Positions 1 to 10,972 of a DNA stretch of 64,000 bases are shown one piece after another. The position numbers were made by a program, and so were the translations under genes. Origin of the DNA: Eledone cirrhosa (lineage: Eukaryota); assembly GCA_964016885.1 (NCBI GenBank), contig OZ024743.1, positions 126,542,001-126,606,000 of the forward strand, given 5' to 3'. The notes beneath the pieces are model-generated. The model saw only the letters and a list, made by a program, of their open reading frames with translations. It had not been told where the DNA came from and did not search any database. Every line of letters begins with the position of its first letter. The first letter of the stretch is position 1.

Positions 1-443
1 TGTCCTAACAAGAACTAGAAGTTTCTCACTCCCTGGTGGGCTAACCGTGTGCTCAGACACCAAACCAAGTATTTCCATGTCCCAGAACATACATATATCA
101 TACATACATGCATATATATATACAACATATTATTTTTTTGTATATATAAGCTGTAGTTTAATCATTTCCTGTGTTAAATCATTTGTTAAATCACTCTTGA
201 TTACTTTTAAAATTAAAATTTCTATACAAAAATTCATTAAAAAAAAGTACCAGAATTTAAGCTGTTTACTTGTACCAGTTTCATAAGTATAAGCCACAGA
301 TAGCAGATAATTAATTATTCGAATCTTAACAGTTTTGGTATCCAGTTATAATGATAAGTCATTTGTTTGTGCATTGTAATGTCCTTCCTTGGTAGGTCAA
401 CTATCACTTCATTGTTGACAAAATAAATTATTTCACAAAATAA

Positions 444-1179
444 TCTATATATCTAAAACAGAGAATGTCTGTGTCTGTCTGTCTGTCTGTCTGTCTGACT
501 CCCTAAAACTCGAGAACCACTCAACCGATTGTTTTCAAACTTTACACATGTAATACTTATGGTCATGTGAGTGTTTTGAGCAAAAAGTATTTCAAATTTT
601 CAATGCGCTAGGGACCGCATTAGGCGATTTAGTGATCTCTCTATATAATTCTTAGTCTTTCTTTTTAGATAGATACATAGATATAATGTTGCGCCCTTAT
701 AATATGTCTGTATGTCTGGCTGTCTGCATTACGACATTATGACGCTATATATGTGTGTGTGTGTGTGTATATATATATAGTGTGTAACGTTTTTCGAAAT
801 ATTTACTTCTGCGTTCACAGATTGATTTTTTTAGTTTCAGAAGATCCCGTTAAAGGTGAAAGCAGCGATTCTTTGCTTAAACTTTAATCTGTTATTTTAA
901 TATATATATATATGTATAATTATATATTTGTGTACAGATATTTTTGCATACACAATAACAAAATATAAACAAAAGTATTTATTTCGCGATAAAGTATTGA
1001 TTTTCTTCGCACGGAAAAAAAACCCTGGTAATCTACGACAAATGTTTTTTATAAGCACAAAATGTAGACCCCATCCCAAGGCCGAGGTATTCTGTACTTC
1101 TCTGTACTGTTTCAGAAAGGAGGGATAAACATGGCAATCTATGTTTAGAATCCTGAGCAACGCCGGGTAATTCTGCTAG
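444..1179 (+). mobile_element. Non-autonomous Helitron (rolling-circle element)
   Basis: Starts A|TC (TCTATATATC) and contains a (GTCT)n tract. Ends with a GC-rich hairpin CCTGAGCAACGCCGGG followed by CTAG|T. Confidence 0.75.
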
Positions 1180-1204
1180 TATATTAAAAAAAACTATTCT
1201 ATTC

Positions 1205-1460
1205 TATAGCCTGTTGCCATCTGGAGTCATCAAACCAGATGTTGCATATCTCCTCAGCTACCCATTGGATGCAGACATCGATATCTGTGAGGAGAGATGC
1301 TTGGCTGTAGCAGGGAGCACAGTGGAATGTATATAAGAGCTTCATTCAGCATGGCGAAGCAGTTCCTTAACAGAAAGAGTGCCAGATTGGCATCGATCTG
1401 GTTCAGTCTACTTGCCAGAGTTTCTAAAAGAATAACTAACAAAACCGTCCTTTGGAGCTG
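1205..1460 (-). mobile_element. CRE-clade non-LTR retrotransposon, decayed RT fragment
   Basis: Translates with frameshifts to LETLASRLNQIDANLALFLLRNCFAM...SLLTDIDVCIQWVAEEICNIWFDDSRWQQA, resembling the post-RT region of CRE elements. Confidence 0.65.
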
Positions 1461-1659
1461 AAAAAGATCAAACTGACTATGGTTATTTCACATTTAAAAT
1501 CCAAGGCCAATGCTACCATTTAATCGGCAGTTTACTCCTCCAGCCTAATAAGGAAGTTTTATGATTGTTTTTTTTTTTTTAGGTCTCTCTAACACACACT
1601 CACACATTACGGTCTCACCTCATGCCAGACAACACATCCAATACAGTTGTTTTCTCTGT

Positions 1660-1690
1660 TCTCGCGGGCGAAGCCGGGTACCTCAGCTAG
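1660..1690 (+). mobile_element. Helitron 3' terminus (5' end not defined)
   Basis: GC-rich hairpin-like CGCGGGCGAAGCCGGG followed by CTAG|T. Confidence 0.55.
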
Positions 1691-2191
1691 TACTCGATAA
1701 AAGATGTTGCCCAACACATAAAGAAGAGGTACCGTCGCTTTGAATATATATATTCCAATTTTATGAATCTACTTCCCTTTCCTCCACTCTTCAAGGCTTC
1801 CTCAACCTCCCAACACTTGTTCTCACTCACTCCTCTTCCCCTTAGCAAATAACATACAGCTGCCATTGCTACTCGTCGCAGTGTCACTTTCACCATGCTC
1901 TCACCTCCACCCTCTCATAGCGATCATTATGCTTCTTTCTGTTCACCTGAAAGCATAATGATCGCTCTTGTGTCAGTGGCAAGAGAACCTGTTCCCAGTA
2001 TACTCTGTAAAGTGACAGTGTTGTGCCACAAGGACATGCATCAATAAACTCTGTAAAGTGTTGGTGCTACGATAAAATTCACCCAGTATAGATTTGTTTC
2101 TTTATTTGCCACAAGGACGCACAAGAAATGGGACATTAGAAGACGTGACGACAGGGCTTTTACATAAAAGTTGCTTAAATTTTAACATTAA

Positions 2192-2530
2192 CTAGCAGGA
2201 TAGCTTGGCGTTGCTCGGGATTCTAAACATAGATTGGTATGTTTATCCCTCCTTTCTGAAACAATATTTGCTCTAGAGTTCTTATATATTTGATATATAT
2301 TTATCCTTATCGAGCCTTCTGAAATAAATACGTTTGTTTATATTTTGTTATTGTGTATGCAAAAATATCTGTACACGAATATATAATTATATATGTATAT
2401 ATATTAAAATAACAGATTAAAGTTTAAGCAAAGAATCGCTGCTTTCACCCTTAACGGGATCTTCTGAAACTAAAAAAAAAATGGATCTGTGAACGCAGAA
2501 GTAAATATTTCGAAAAACGTTACACACAAT
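2192..2530 (-). mobile_element. Helitron copy, inverted relative to 444-1179
   Basis: Largely the reverse complement of about 785-1179, including the hairpin and CTAG end at 2192. Confidence 0.75.
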
Positions 2531-3292
2531 AAATTAAAATAAACTATATACTAAAATGAAACAACAATCGAAATCCCCAATACGGAGGAACGTTACTGCA
2601 GGGTTGTTTTACACCCCGTAGATAGAACAACCCCCAACACCAGGAGCAAGTTTTGTAGGTGTCCCCGCCTTCCCTCTTTTGTCTTCTTCAAGCTACAAGT
2701 TTATATACAGAGAAGGCCCATTCACTCAGGCCATTTTCGCCATATTCACCCACCTTTCAGCAAATACTGGGATGATTGTAAAGTGGTTGGTGTTAGGAAA
2801 GATATCCAGCCATAGAAACCATGCCAAAACCTACTTGATAACCTGTCTAACTCATTTCTGCATGGAAAATTTGGCGGAAATGACGCTAATGATAATGATG
2901 AAGGCGATACACATGCAAATAGATCTTGCAGTCTGAAAATAGTGAGTGGTGGGAAACTTCAATTAACTGAGAGACTATCCGCGCAATTTCAAAATTGAAA
3001 TTTTACTTAGGTGTGTTCATATCCTAAGATGCAAGGGAGAGAACTATAGCCTGAACAGATCCAAATCTTAGACAATTGCAGTGCGAGTAGATTTAGTCTA
3101 TAAGCAACGGACATATTTCCTCAGCGAAACATATTTACTCAATAAGTTGGTTTGAATAGAAAACGAAGAACAGAGAAAGAGCTTATGTGTGGAGAGGAGA
3201 AAATGCTTGAGGGGTGCTTTCTGCATTATACACACAAATAAACTCTCGCGTGCGGAGTTAGGGAACACTACATGCTTTATTATCATAACAAC

Positions 3293-3472
3293 GGCAGTAT
3301 CGGTAGAGAGTCGGACGCCATGCTTTGACGCATAGAGTTACAACCCTTGCCATTCTGAGTTCAAATCCCGCCGAGGTTAACTTTGCCTTTCATCCTTACG
3401 GGGTCGATAAGATAAAGTAAAAGTAATCCACTGGGTAATTGCTGGCCTTGTGCCAAAAGTAGAAACAATTAT
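3293..3472 (+). mobile_element. tRNA-derived SINE (octopus-type)
   Basis: A-box-like GGCAGTATCGG and B-box-like GAGTTCAAATCCC. Near-identical copies recur more than 10 times in the window. Confidence 0.8.
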
Positions 3473-3479
3473 CATATAA

Positions 3480-3840
3480 CAACTATATAAGATTAAATAG
3501 AAGTTCATACATATAATGGATTAATTATTGCTAGGAACCTTATAAAAATAATACGCAAAAATATATAATCAAAGCGAGAAAAAGGAAGAAAAATTTAATT
3601 CAACAGTAAGTCATCGATTTGATGTAAGCCAACACGCTCGCAGCATTAGCGCGAGTGATGGCAAGGCTAAGATGCTAAAACAACCAGGCACCCCCAAGGA
3701 CATCACCTGGCACCTTGCTAAGGCAAGCGGCTAACGATGACAGGAACTTTGCTGTCAGCGGTCCAGCTCCACCAAATGTCTCGAACTCCACAGGGTGAAA
3801 AAATAGTTAGTTGATATTTTAGGATGTTATTCCGTTCGGT
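3480..3840 (-). mobile_element. CRE-clade LINE 3' end (restriction-like endonuclease C-terminus + 3' UTR)
   Basis: Minus strand translates LFFHPVEFETFGGAGPLTAKFLSSLA...GDVLGGAWLF*HLSLAITRANAASVL. Homologous to 15420-15915. Confidence 0.7.
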
Positions 3841-4012
3841 TACCGTTAGGGTATGTAATATATATATATATAAATTTTATTCATAGTTGTATAAATAACA
3901 TTACAACAGTTTTGCGAGAGATGTCAACATGAATTGATCTGTTATTGTTATCTAAAGACATTTTTTCCAATTCCATCCCGCCCGTCCCCTCAATCTATCT
4001 TATTTCTCATTC

Positions 4013-4051
4013 TTTCTTCTGATGAATGACTAGCGTCCAAAACGTTAAGAC
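4013..4051 (+). ncRNA. Degenerate minimal hammerhead ribozyme motif (Penelope-like remnant)
   Basis: TCTT-CTGATGA-ATGAC tagc GTCC-AAAAC-GTT-AAGA. The GAAA box is mutated to AAAA. Confidence 0.4.
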
Positions 4052-4290
4052 CCTCTTCTTGCTATATCAAACGTTAACCTAATATATCCGTTCCATATAC
4101 TGTACCGATTGTGTTGTTATTTCTATTTACCTTTTACACACACACACACACACACGCGTCGAAACGGCTTGAGCTCTGCCGTCGGGGTTATACATCTTCC
4201 TATTACCCATTCTACTACCCCAAGTATTGAGTACTCTGGTGCGTTATGATCCATCTGGTTCCTTACCACAACTCCTTCATTATATATAAT

Positions 4291-4480
4291 GGCGGTGGAT
4301 TGGCAGTATCGGTAGAGGGTCGGACGCCATGCTTTGACGCATAGAGTTACGGCCCTTGCCATTCTGAGTTCAAATCCCGCCGAGGTTAACTTTGCCTTTC
4401 ATCCTTACGGGGTCGATAAAATAAAGTACCAGTAATGTACTGGGTAATTTCTGGCCTTGTGCCAATAGTAGAAACAATTA
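4291..4480 (+). mobile_element. tRNA-derived SINE
   Basis: Full-length copy of the family at 3293. Confidence 0.8.
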
Positions 4481-6283
4481 TATATATATATTCCCACTGT
4501 ATACACATAATTATTCGCTTCAATACAACACACGTAAAACGGGTGCCTATACTAGTTCCCGGGCTTGAGTTTCGGCCACACTTAATGCAGCGGTAGGGTG
4601 CACTGCATCCTCTGTCTACATATATTATGCAACAATGCATAATCGGCGTATGTGGCTTCATCGGCGGGTATCGCCTCATCAACGGTGTCTTCTATAGAGG
4701 ATACGGCTTAGCACTGCTTTTGTGAATGAAAGTTGTTTGGCGCAAACTACGAAAACCGTTAGTTTGTGTGTGTATGTCATGTAACTTAGCTGTTACAGGA
4801 CATACATACAGATCGACAGGGGATTTACTGGGGAAAATTGACGGTCCAATTTATTTTTTTAGCCTTTCTTTTTTAAATTTCATTTTGTCAATGTTTTAAA
4901 CATCTAAAAGAAAAAAAAAACGTTTCAGACCGAAAAACCTGGTATATCTGGGATCAATAAAATAAGTACCAGACTAAAATAAAAAGTACTAGCGTTGTTA
5001 TGATCGAAGGCGGTGTCTCATCATCGTGTCAGTCCAAACAAATAAAAGAAATTTTAAAGAAAAATCTTTGAGCAAAGAAGGAAAAAAAATAATTCAACAA
5101 ACTTTGAAAAATTAGATAGAACAAAACTTACATCTTTAAGTAGATAACAACAAAAAACCGATACACAAAAAAAATCTGGTTTCTTTTTAAAACAAGCAAG
5201 ACAGTTTTGGAACCTTTACGTACCTAATAAATATATAGTTCTATTTTTGTCAGCTAAATTTCAACCGACTAAATTTTGGGGTGGTTATATAACTGGGCTA
5301 CAGATATCAGAAAGTCACACTTGTCATACACTCATAACATTATAGCTATCAGGTGACTGAAAGAATTGAAATAATCATTTAATCAAAGCAATTTATCAAA
5401 TTATAAATGCGAGGAAAGAATAGATAAAGATATACCTATCTTTTCTTCAAAGTCCCGACTGGTCTGCAGCAATTGTTCACCAGAAAAATGTGCCAGTGCT
5501 ATGAGGTTTTTTTGTGTTTTCAACTAATCTGACCTCCATGAAGCTCACTGTGGAATTATTTTCTGAAATAACCAACTTGCTATCAGGCAAACTGACAACC
5601 TGGCCAGTCCACTAGCGCTTGGACCATGAGAAATACATCCAGTACATTTTGTAAGATGGTTGTCGATAGGAAGGGCATATTTCTGTAGATTCTATGCAAA
5701 AAGGATCGGAATTACTCTCCAGTTGTGTTAAAGTGATATAAAGGGCATCCAGCCCTAGTAAACTTGCCAAAGGGTCGGGATGGCGTCAATTGTGTTAAGG
5801 ACATGACAGTCTCCTTGGTGTTGGTGATTTACAGGCAGCACAATAAAATAGTCTCTGTAAAGTGGTTGGTGATAGAAAGGACATCCAGCGGTAGAAAACT
5901 CGCCAAACGAAATATTTTAAATGTAGAATGGACTCTTTGAGCTACAACTAAGGTACAAAAAAAACCCCACAGAGTTGTATATTTATATATATCGGAAAAG
6001 AGCCAGGATCCCGACGGTTGAGTTCCGGTCGTTTCGACAGCTAGATCCGAACTAAGTATTAGACCGGCGGGAATCTAGCTGAACTTATCGATGGGTACAG
6101 TCCATATATGGGCATGCAGTCAAAGCAGAAAAAGCAAAAATATCTAAGCAAAAAAAAACTAAAAGTTTGTTGTTTTTCTTGTCTGTCACGAGGAGAGGTC
6201 AATGATCTAGGATGTCATGTACGTAGTTAAATTCCTTCATAGCTATGAAGGAATTTAACTATCTATGAAGGAATTTAATTATG

Positions 6284-6534
6284 TGTGGTTAGAAAAAGCT
6301 ATCTCACTTACCGCTTTTCAAAGGCGCCGCTAAATTCCACTGCAGGTTACTCCTCTTCCACGTGCGTCCAACTGCTTAACACCGGGAGCTGCCAAAACTC
6401 GCGTCCACACCGTTGCTGGTCACCACTAGAGAGGCCCTCTGCTGGCCCTTCCGGTCGAGCATCCTTCCGGCCAAGCACCCTTCCGGTCGAGCACTCCCCC
6501 GCTTCCGGCCACCGCACGCCACACCATACCCACA
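6284..6534 (-). repeat. 3' LTR (251 bp)
   Basis: Direct repeat of 8955-9173. Contains three 16-bp units. Confidence 0.92.
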
Positions 6535-6559
6535 CGCCCCCTGATCTCAAGGATCAATT

Positions 6560-7532
6560 TCGAGTCGGTGCGCAGTCCCCACCTCAGGGCGAGGTTCACC
6601 CCTCTCAACACTGCGTCCAGTTCGGCCACATTGATGTGGTTGCAGTCGTCCTTCTTCCTAAGCCAGGCTTCATCCTCGACCTCAACACCTCCTATCTCCA
6701 ACGTGACACCCAGCGCTATGCTGCTGGCATCGCACCATACGGTCCCACTCTGTGATTTGGGAACATACCAGCGTCCCCGCACTGGGTCGTCGGCCTTCAC
6801 CCTCCCCACGATCTCCTGCATCATGGCCACCGTCCTCTCTCCCACTCTGTCACTCCACCCGCTCGTCTCTTGACATAGCTGCATGCCGTCCGGAGCCACC
6901 CAGCAATCGGGTATTGACCCACCAACTTTCCACACACCGAGAAAAGCTCCCGCCTACTCATACTTGGGCCCAGTTCTGGAACTTCATTTCCCCTCTGGAA
7001 TACCAAGACGCCCGTCCTGTCTCGCCGTAGCCTAAGTCCCAGCGCGGCTCCTCCCTCCAACGCTTCTGACGGCTTCGCAGCCAGTCCATACCCCTGTAAA
7101 TGGCTCGTGACCTCCGCCGCCGACACCACATACTTGTCCACTAGGATGTCGTCAATATAGGAGTTAGTGGCCCTCTTCATCTTGTCGGCCTTTCCCAGAA
7201 TGGTCTTGAGGACCGCCGCCATGATCTTCGGTGCAGAGCTCAGCCCGAAACCGAGCCTGGTCAGGCAAATGTCCGGCCCTTATACCTAACCAGCTGATAC
7301 TGCCAGAGCTTCTCGTCTATATGCAATTGCAAGTATGCCGACTTTAGATCTACGATTGCTGAACCCCCCTCATGCGTCTCCACTCACGCAGGGTTTCCCC
7401 ACAGACATCCGTGACCTCGCCACCCGTTTGGCATGACACGTGCTCGTTCAGCTCCCGAAAGTCCAGCACTGGCCTCACCTTGTTCTTCGTGGGTTGCGCC
7501 ACCGCCATTAACGGCAATACTCCGCACTTCAC
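6560..7532 (-). pseudogene. Frameshifted reverse transcriptase and truncated RNase H of the Gypsy element
   Basis: KVRPVLDFRELN, YIDD catalytic motif, and WCDASS...HINVAELDAV RNase H motifs, split across several frames. Confidence 0.85.
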
Positions 7533-7563
7533 CTCCTCTTTCCAGGGAAGCAGTATGCGCTCC

Positions 7564-8841
7564 TCAATCCATCTCGCTCCTAATGTTTCCCTTCAATGCG
7601 TGTTGATAGCAGCCCACTTTGGTCTTCAGTGTTGGTGGTTCTCCCTTCCAGTACCACTCAACAACCCATCGCTGCACATCGAACACGGCCTTGAAGTCTT
7701 TGTCCTGCACAGTGTAAGCGGGGTATTTCTCCTCGTGGGCCTTCTGGTTCTCCTGTCGCGCACTCACAGCGCATACCGATGCAGCGCCGCCAAACGACAC
7801 ACCAACGTTGTTCACTGTGACGCCTCCTAGACGGCCAATTGCGTCCATGCCCATAACCACGCCGATCCCATCCACCACGCTGTCTACTACGATGGCAGAA
7901 AGCCTTATTTTCCTTCCCCGTACCGATATTTCCATCTCGCTGCGACCTCGGCATTCAATTTTCCTGCCGTCGACTGCCCTTACGCTGCTCTTCCCTCTCC
8001 ACCTCTGCGCCACCCCCGTGGTCACCAGTGTCGTTGTACAGCCCGTGTCCACGAGGGCTCGCTGTGGCTTTCTCCTCGCGAAGACTTCCACCACGGGCAG
8101 CGCCGCTACTCGTAAGGGGCAACTACCGGCGCAGTAGTTCCCTTTGGATCGTTTCCCTGGTCGCTTACACCGGTAGCATATTATTTCCGGCCTTGACTCT
8201 CTGCAGTCTCTAGCCATGTGCGGGCCCTGGCACCGAAAACAGCGACCTCTAAACGTTCGCGGGCGACCGCGTGCCGTGGTTGCCTCCCTTTCACCATTTC
8301 GCTGCCAGCTGTCTTGAGTCTCTGTAGTTGCTATCGCCGCAACACTCTTTTTGGCATCTTCTGCTATGATCCGGGCTTGTTCCACCAGTGAACGCATTTC
8401 CATTTCTTTGTAACCCCGGACTTGCTGCAGTTTCACCGCTATGTCGTCTGGAAATCCATTTATGAACGCCAACCGCACCGTGCGTTCGCATTCCACCTGA
8501 TATCCAGCCAACATAGCCAATCGCCGTATTTCCGCTGCGAAAATGTCGACGCGCTCACCATTCCATCTAATTCTTGCCAGCTTAGCGAAAGCGGCTAACG
8601 GTCCCCCTGCAAATGCGTCTATCATGCGCCTCTCAATCTTTTGCGCATCTCTTTGGCTGTGTTCGTCCAACTCAAGGAAGAGTACCAACGCGTCCCCCTC
8701 GAGGTACAGTGGCATGAGGCCAGCCACATCTTCTATCTTCTGCAAGCTTGCGACCAGCCGGACTTTCCGCAGCCAAGCGACAACATCACCTTCCCCTGTA
8801 AATGCCCTGATAGCTTCGCTTGTTCGTAGTCTTGTCGCCAT
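7564..8841 (-). CDS. Gag (CCHC zinc knuckle) - aspartic protease polyprotein of the Gypsy element
   Basis: 425-aa ORF with a CFRCQGPHMARDC knuckle and the LVDTGC protease motif. Confidence 0.85.
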   Translation of the reverse strand: MATRLRTSEAIRAFTGEGDVVAWLRKVRLVASLQKIEDVAGLMPLYLEGDALVLFLELDEHSQRDAQKIERRMIDAFAGGPLAAFAKLARIRWNGERVDIFAAEIRRLAMLAGYQVECERTVRLAFINGFPDDIAVKLQQVRGYKEMEMRSLVEQARIIAEDAKKSVAAIATTETQDSWQRNGEREATTARGRPRTFRGRCFRCQGPHMARDCRESRPEIICYRCKRPGKRSKGNYCAGSCPLRVAALPVVEVFARRKPQRALVDTGCTTTLVTTGVAQRWRGKSSVRAVDGRKIECRGRSEMEISVRGRKIRLSAIVVDSVVDGIGVVMGMDAIGRLGGVTVNNVGVSFGGAASVCAVSARQENQKAHEEKYPAYTVQDKDFKAVFDVQRWVVEWYWKGEPPTLKTKVGCYQHALKGNIRSEMD

Positions 8842-8954
8842 CTTCTAATTTGTCTTGCGGTACGTGATAAAAAAAAACAACAGGCTCCTCTCTGTTTTTC
8901 CAGTAGCTTTTTTTTTTTTTCAATCAGATCTCAGTTTCCAGTGTCGAAATAGCT

Positions 8955-9173
8955 TGTGGTTAGAAAAAGCTATCTCACTTACAGCTTTTCAAAGGCGCCG
9001 CTAAATTCCACTGCAGGTTACTCCTCTTCCACGTGCGTCCAACTGCTTAACACCGGGAGCTGCCAAAACTCGCGTCCACACCGTTGCTGGTCAACACTAG
9101 AGAGGCCCTCTGCTGGCCCTTCCGGTCGAGCACTCTCCCGCTTCCGGCCACCGCACGCCACACCATACCCCCA
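8955..9173 (-). repeat. 5' LTR (219 bp)
   Basis: Matches 6284-6534 except about 4 substitutions and two missing 16-bp units. Confidence 0.92.
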
Positions 9174-9405
9174 TTATGTACACGACATAGCTATCTTTCG
9201 ATTACAGAGTCAGGTTCGATCTATAATAGGTCTTGCCTCGAGCTAATCGATAGTGAAACATATGTAATATGTTATTAAATATGTTATGATGCAACACTGA
9301 ATCCTTGTTCCTTATCCTTATAATAGTATTATACTCTGCTCTGCGCGAGCATCTAGTGCTTAACCGGCATCTCGCCTACGGGCGCATTTTCTTGCAACCT
9401 TACAA

Positions 9406-9416
<11 letters not shown>

Positions 9417-9496
<80 letters not shown>
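9417..9496. repeat. (TA)n microsatellite
   Basis: About 80 bp of pure TA repeat. Confidence 0.95.
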
Positions 9497-9498
<2 letters not shown>

Positions 9499-10158
9499 AC
9501 TAGAAATTGATTGACATATATATATATTTTTTAAATAATTTACTTCGGATCTTATTCACGCCAATGGGAGGACGCTAGCATGTTGTTAGTAGTTTTAGAA
9601 TTGCAACACGTGCGACGGGTCACTCGCAGATTTGCATTTGATGTGTAAACACAGATAGTTATTTCTTCCCCCTTGCTGAAGATCCAAGATTTGACTACTG
9701 TGACTTTACGGATTATTGGTAAAATATATTTCTTTAATGAAATATATACAAGGAGGATTAATCATTTTTTAAAGGGTAATATTTGAAGATCTAGTTAAAC
9801 TGTAATTAGTTACCTACCTAGCTATGTGTGATTACACACTTTACAAATTATTCCCTGTGATTGTTTCATGTGTTTATTGTAGTTAGAAAAAGCTATCTCA
9901 CTTACCGCTTTTCATAGGCGCCGCTAAATCCCATTGCTGGTTTCTCCTCTTCCACGTGCGTCCAACTCATTAACACCGGGAGCTGCCAAAACTCGCGTCC
10001 ACATCGTTCCTGGTCACCACTAGAGAGAGGCCGATCTGCTGGCCCTTTCGGTGTAGCACCCTTCCGGTCGAGCACTCCCCCGCTTCCGGCCACCGCACGC
10101 CACACCATACCCACATTTATTTTAAAAATATATATATATGTCAATCAATTTCTAGTTG
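9497..10158. mobile_element. Terminal-inverted-repeat element (MITE-like) carrying a solo LTR
   Basis: About 42-bp inverted repeats starting CAACTAGAAATTGATTGAC at 9497-9538 and 10117-10158, flanked by TA repeats. Confidence 0.6.
9878..10115 (-). mobile_element. Solo LTR of the same Gypsy family
   Basis: TG...CA LTR homologous to 6284-6534, with its own TSD TTTAT (9873-9877 and 10116-10120). Confidence 0.9.
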
Positions 10159-10396
10159 ATATAAAATGCTCGGATCTATTCATTGGAATCTTTGAGCTTA
10201 TTCTACGGTGGATATGGCGCATGTCTCGGACATGACTCCCTGAATTTAATTTAATTAAATTTATTTCGGATATATATATATATATACATTGAAGATAGAT
10301 GAGTTGCATAACGTCGAGTGTTTTTCTCATATTACGTCATGATTAACATTACAGAATGACCAGAATTCTACCCAGTGGTAAACAACCAATTTTAAA

Positions 10397-10398
<2 letters not shown>

Positions 10399-10487
<89 letters not shown>
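10399..10487. repeat. Compound (TA)n(GA)n microsatellite
   Basis: Seen directly. Confidence 0.95.
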
Positions 10488-10491
<4 letters not shown>

Positions 10492-10654
10492 TGAGGTTTT
10501 TTTTAAATAAAAAAAACCCAGATGTCCTACACGGGTGAACGTATAGGGAAAAGAAATCGAAAATGCAACTCCAGCTGCATTTTCGATATATATTATTTCG
10601 TTTTTAATTTGTTTATCAGAAAACGTGTGTTGAAACAGATATTATTATAATTTA

Positions 10655-10812
10655 GGTGGTGGATTGGCAGCTTAGAGTTACGGCCTTTTATGATCTGAGT
10701 TCAAATCCCGCCAAGGTTAACTTTGCCTTTCATCCTTACGGGATCGATAAAATAAAGTACCAGTAATACACTGGATTAATTGCTGGCTTTGTGCCAAAAA
10801 TAGAAACAATTA
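10655..10812 (+). mobile_element. tRNA-derived SINE (internally deleted)
   Basis: Same family as 4291. Confidence 0.75.
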
Positions 10813-10929
10813 TAATACTTTAGGAGGGTCATGCTGCCACTAAAAACACACGCACCTGTTGGATATCACTTCAATTTATTATAAATTTCCTGTTGGTTGG
10901 CTCAATAACCGGATGGTTGTTTATATATT

Positions 10930-10972
10930 GTCAAATCTCTTTCGTCACATATTTTGTGACCTCCTCAGTGAC
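10930..10972 (-). ncRNA. Minimal type I hammerhead ribozyme motif
   Basis: Minus strand: GTCA-CTGAGGA-G-GTCAC aaaatat GTGAC-GAAA-GAG-ATT-TGAC. Core intact, stems I and II pair. Confidence 0.65.

Larger units (their letters stand above)
6284..9173 (-). mobile_element. Ty3/Gypsy LTR retrotransposon, internally deleted (gag-PR-RT-partial RNase H, no integrase)
   Basis: TG...CA LTRs at 6284-6534 and 8955-9173, TSD TTATG at 6279-6283 and 9174-9178, purine-rich PPT adjacent to the 3' LTR, gag/PR/RT/RH motifs. Confidence 0.93.

Noticed and set aside
4291-4390. SINE heads as tRNA genes
   Set aside because: They have A/B boxes but no acceptor stem or cloverleaf, and they continue into a common SINE body.
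6031-6092. Hammerhead-like fold on the minus strand (9-bp stem CAGCTAGAT/ATCTAGCTG followed by CGAAAC)
   Set aside because: The CUGANGA box is absent (reads TCGATAA), too degenerate to call.
6285-6755. 156-aa plus-strand ORF (and 8956-9246, 7372-7830, 7808-8137)
   Set aside because: Antisense shadows of the GC-rich LTR/gag-pol sequence with no recognisable domain.
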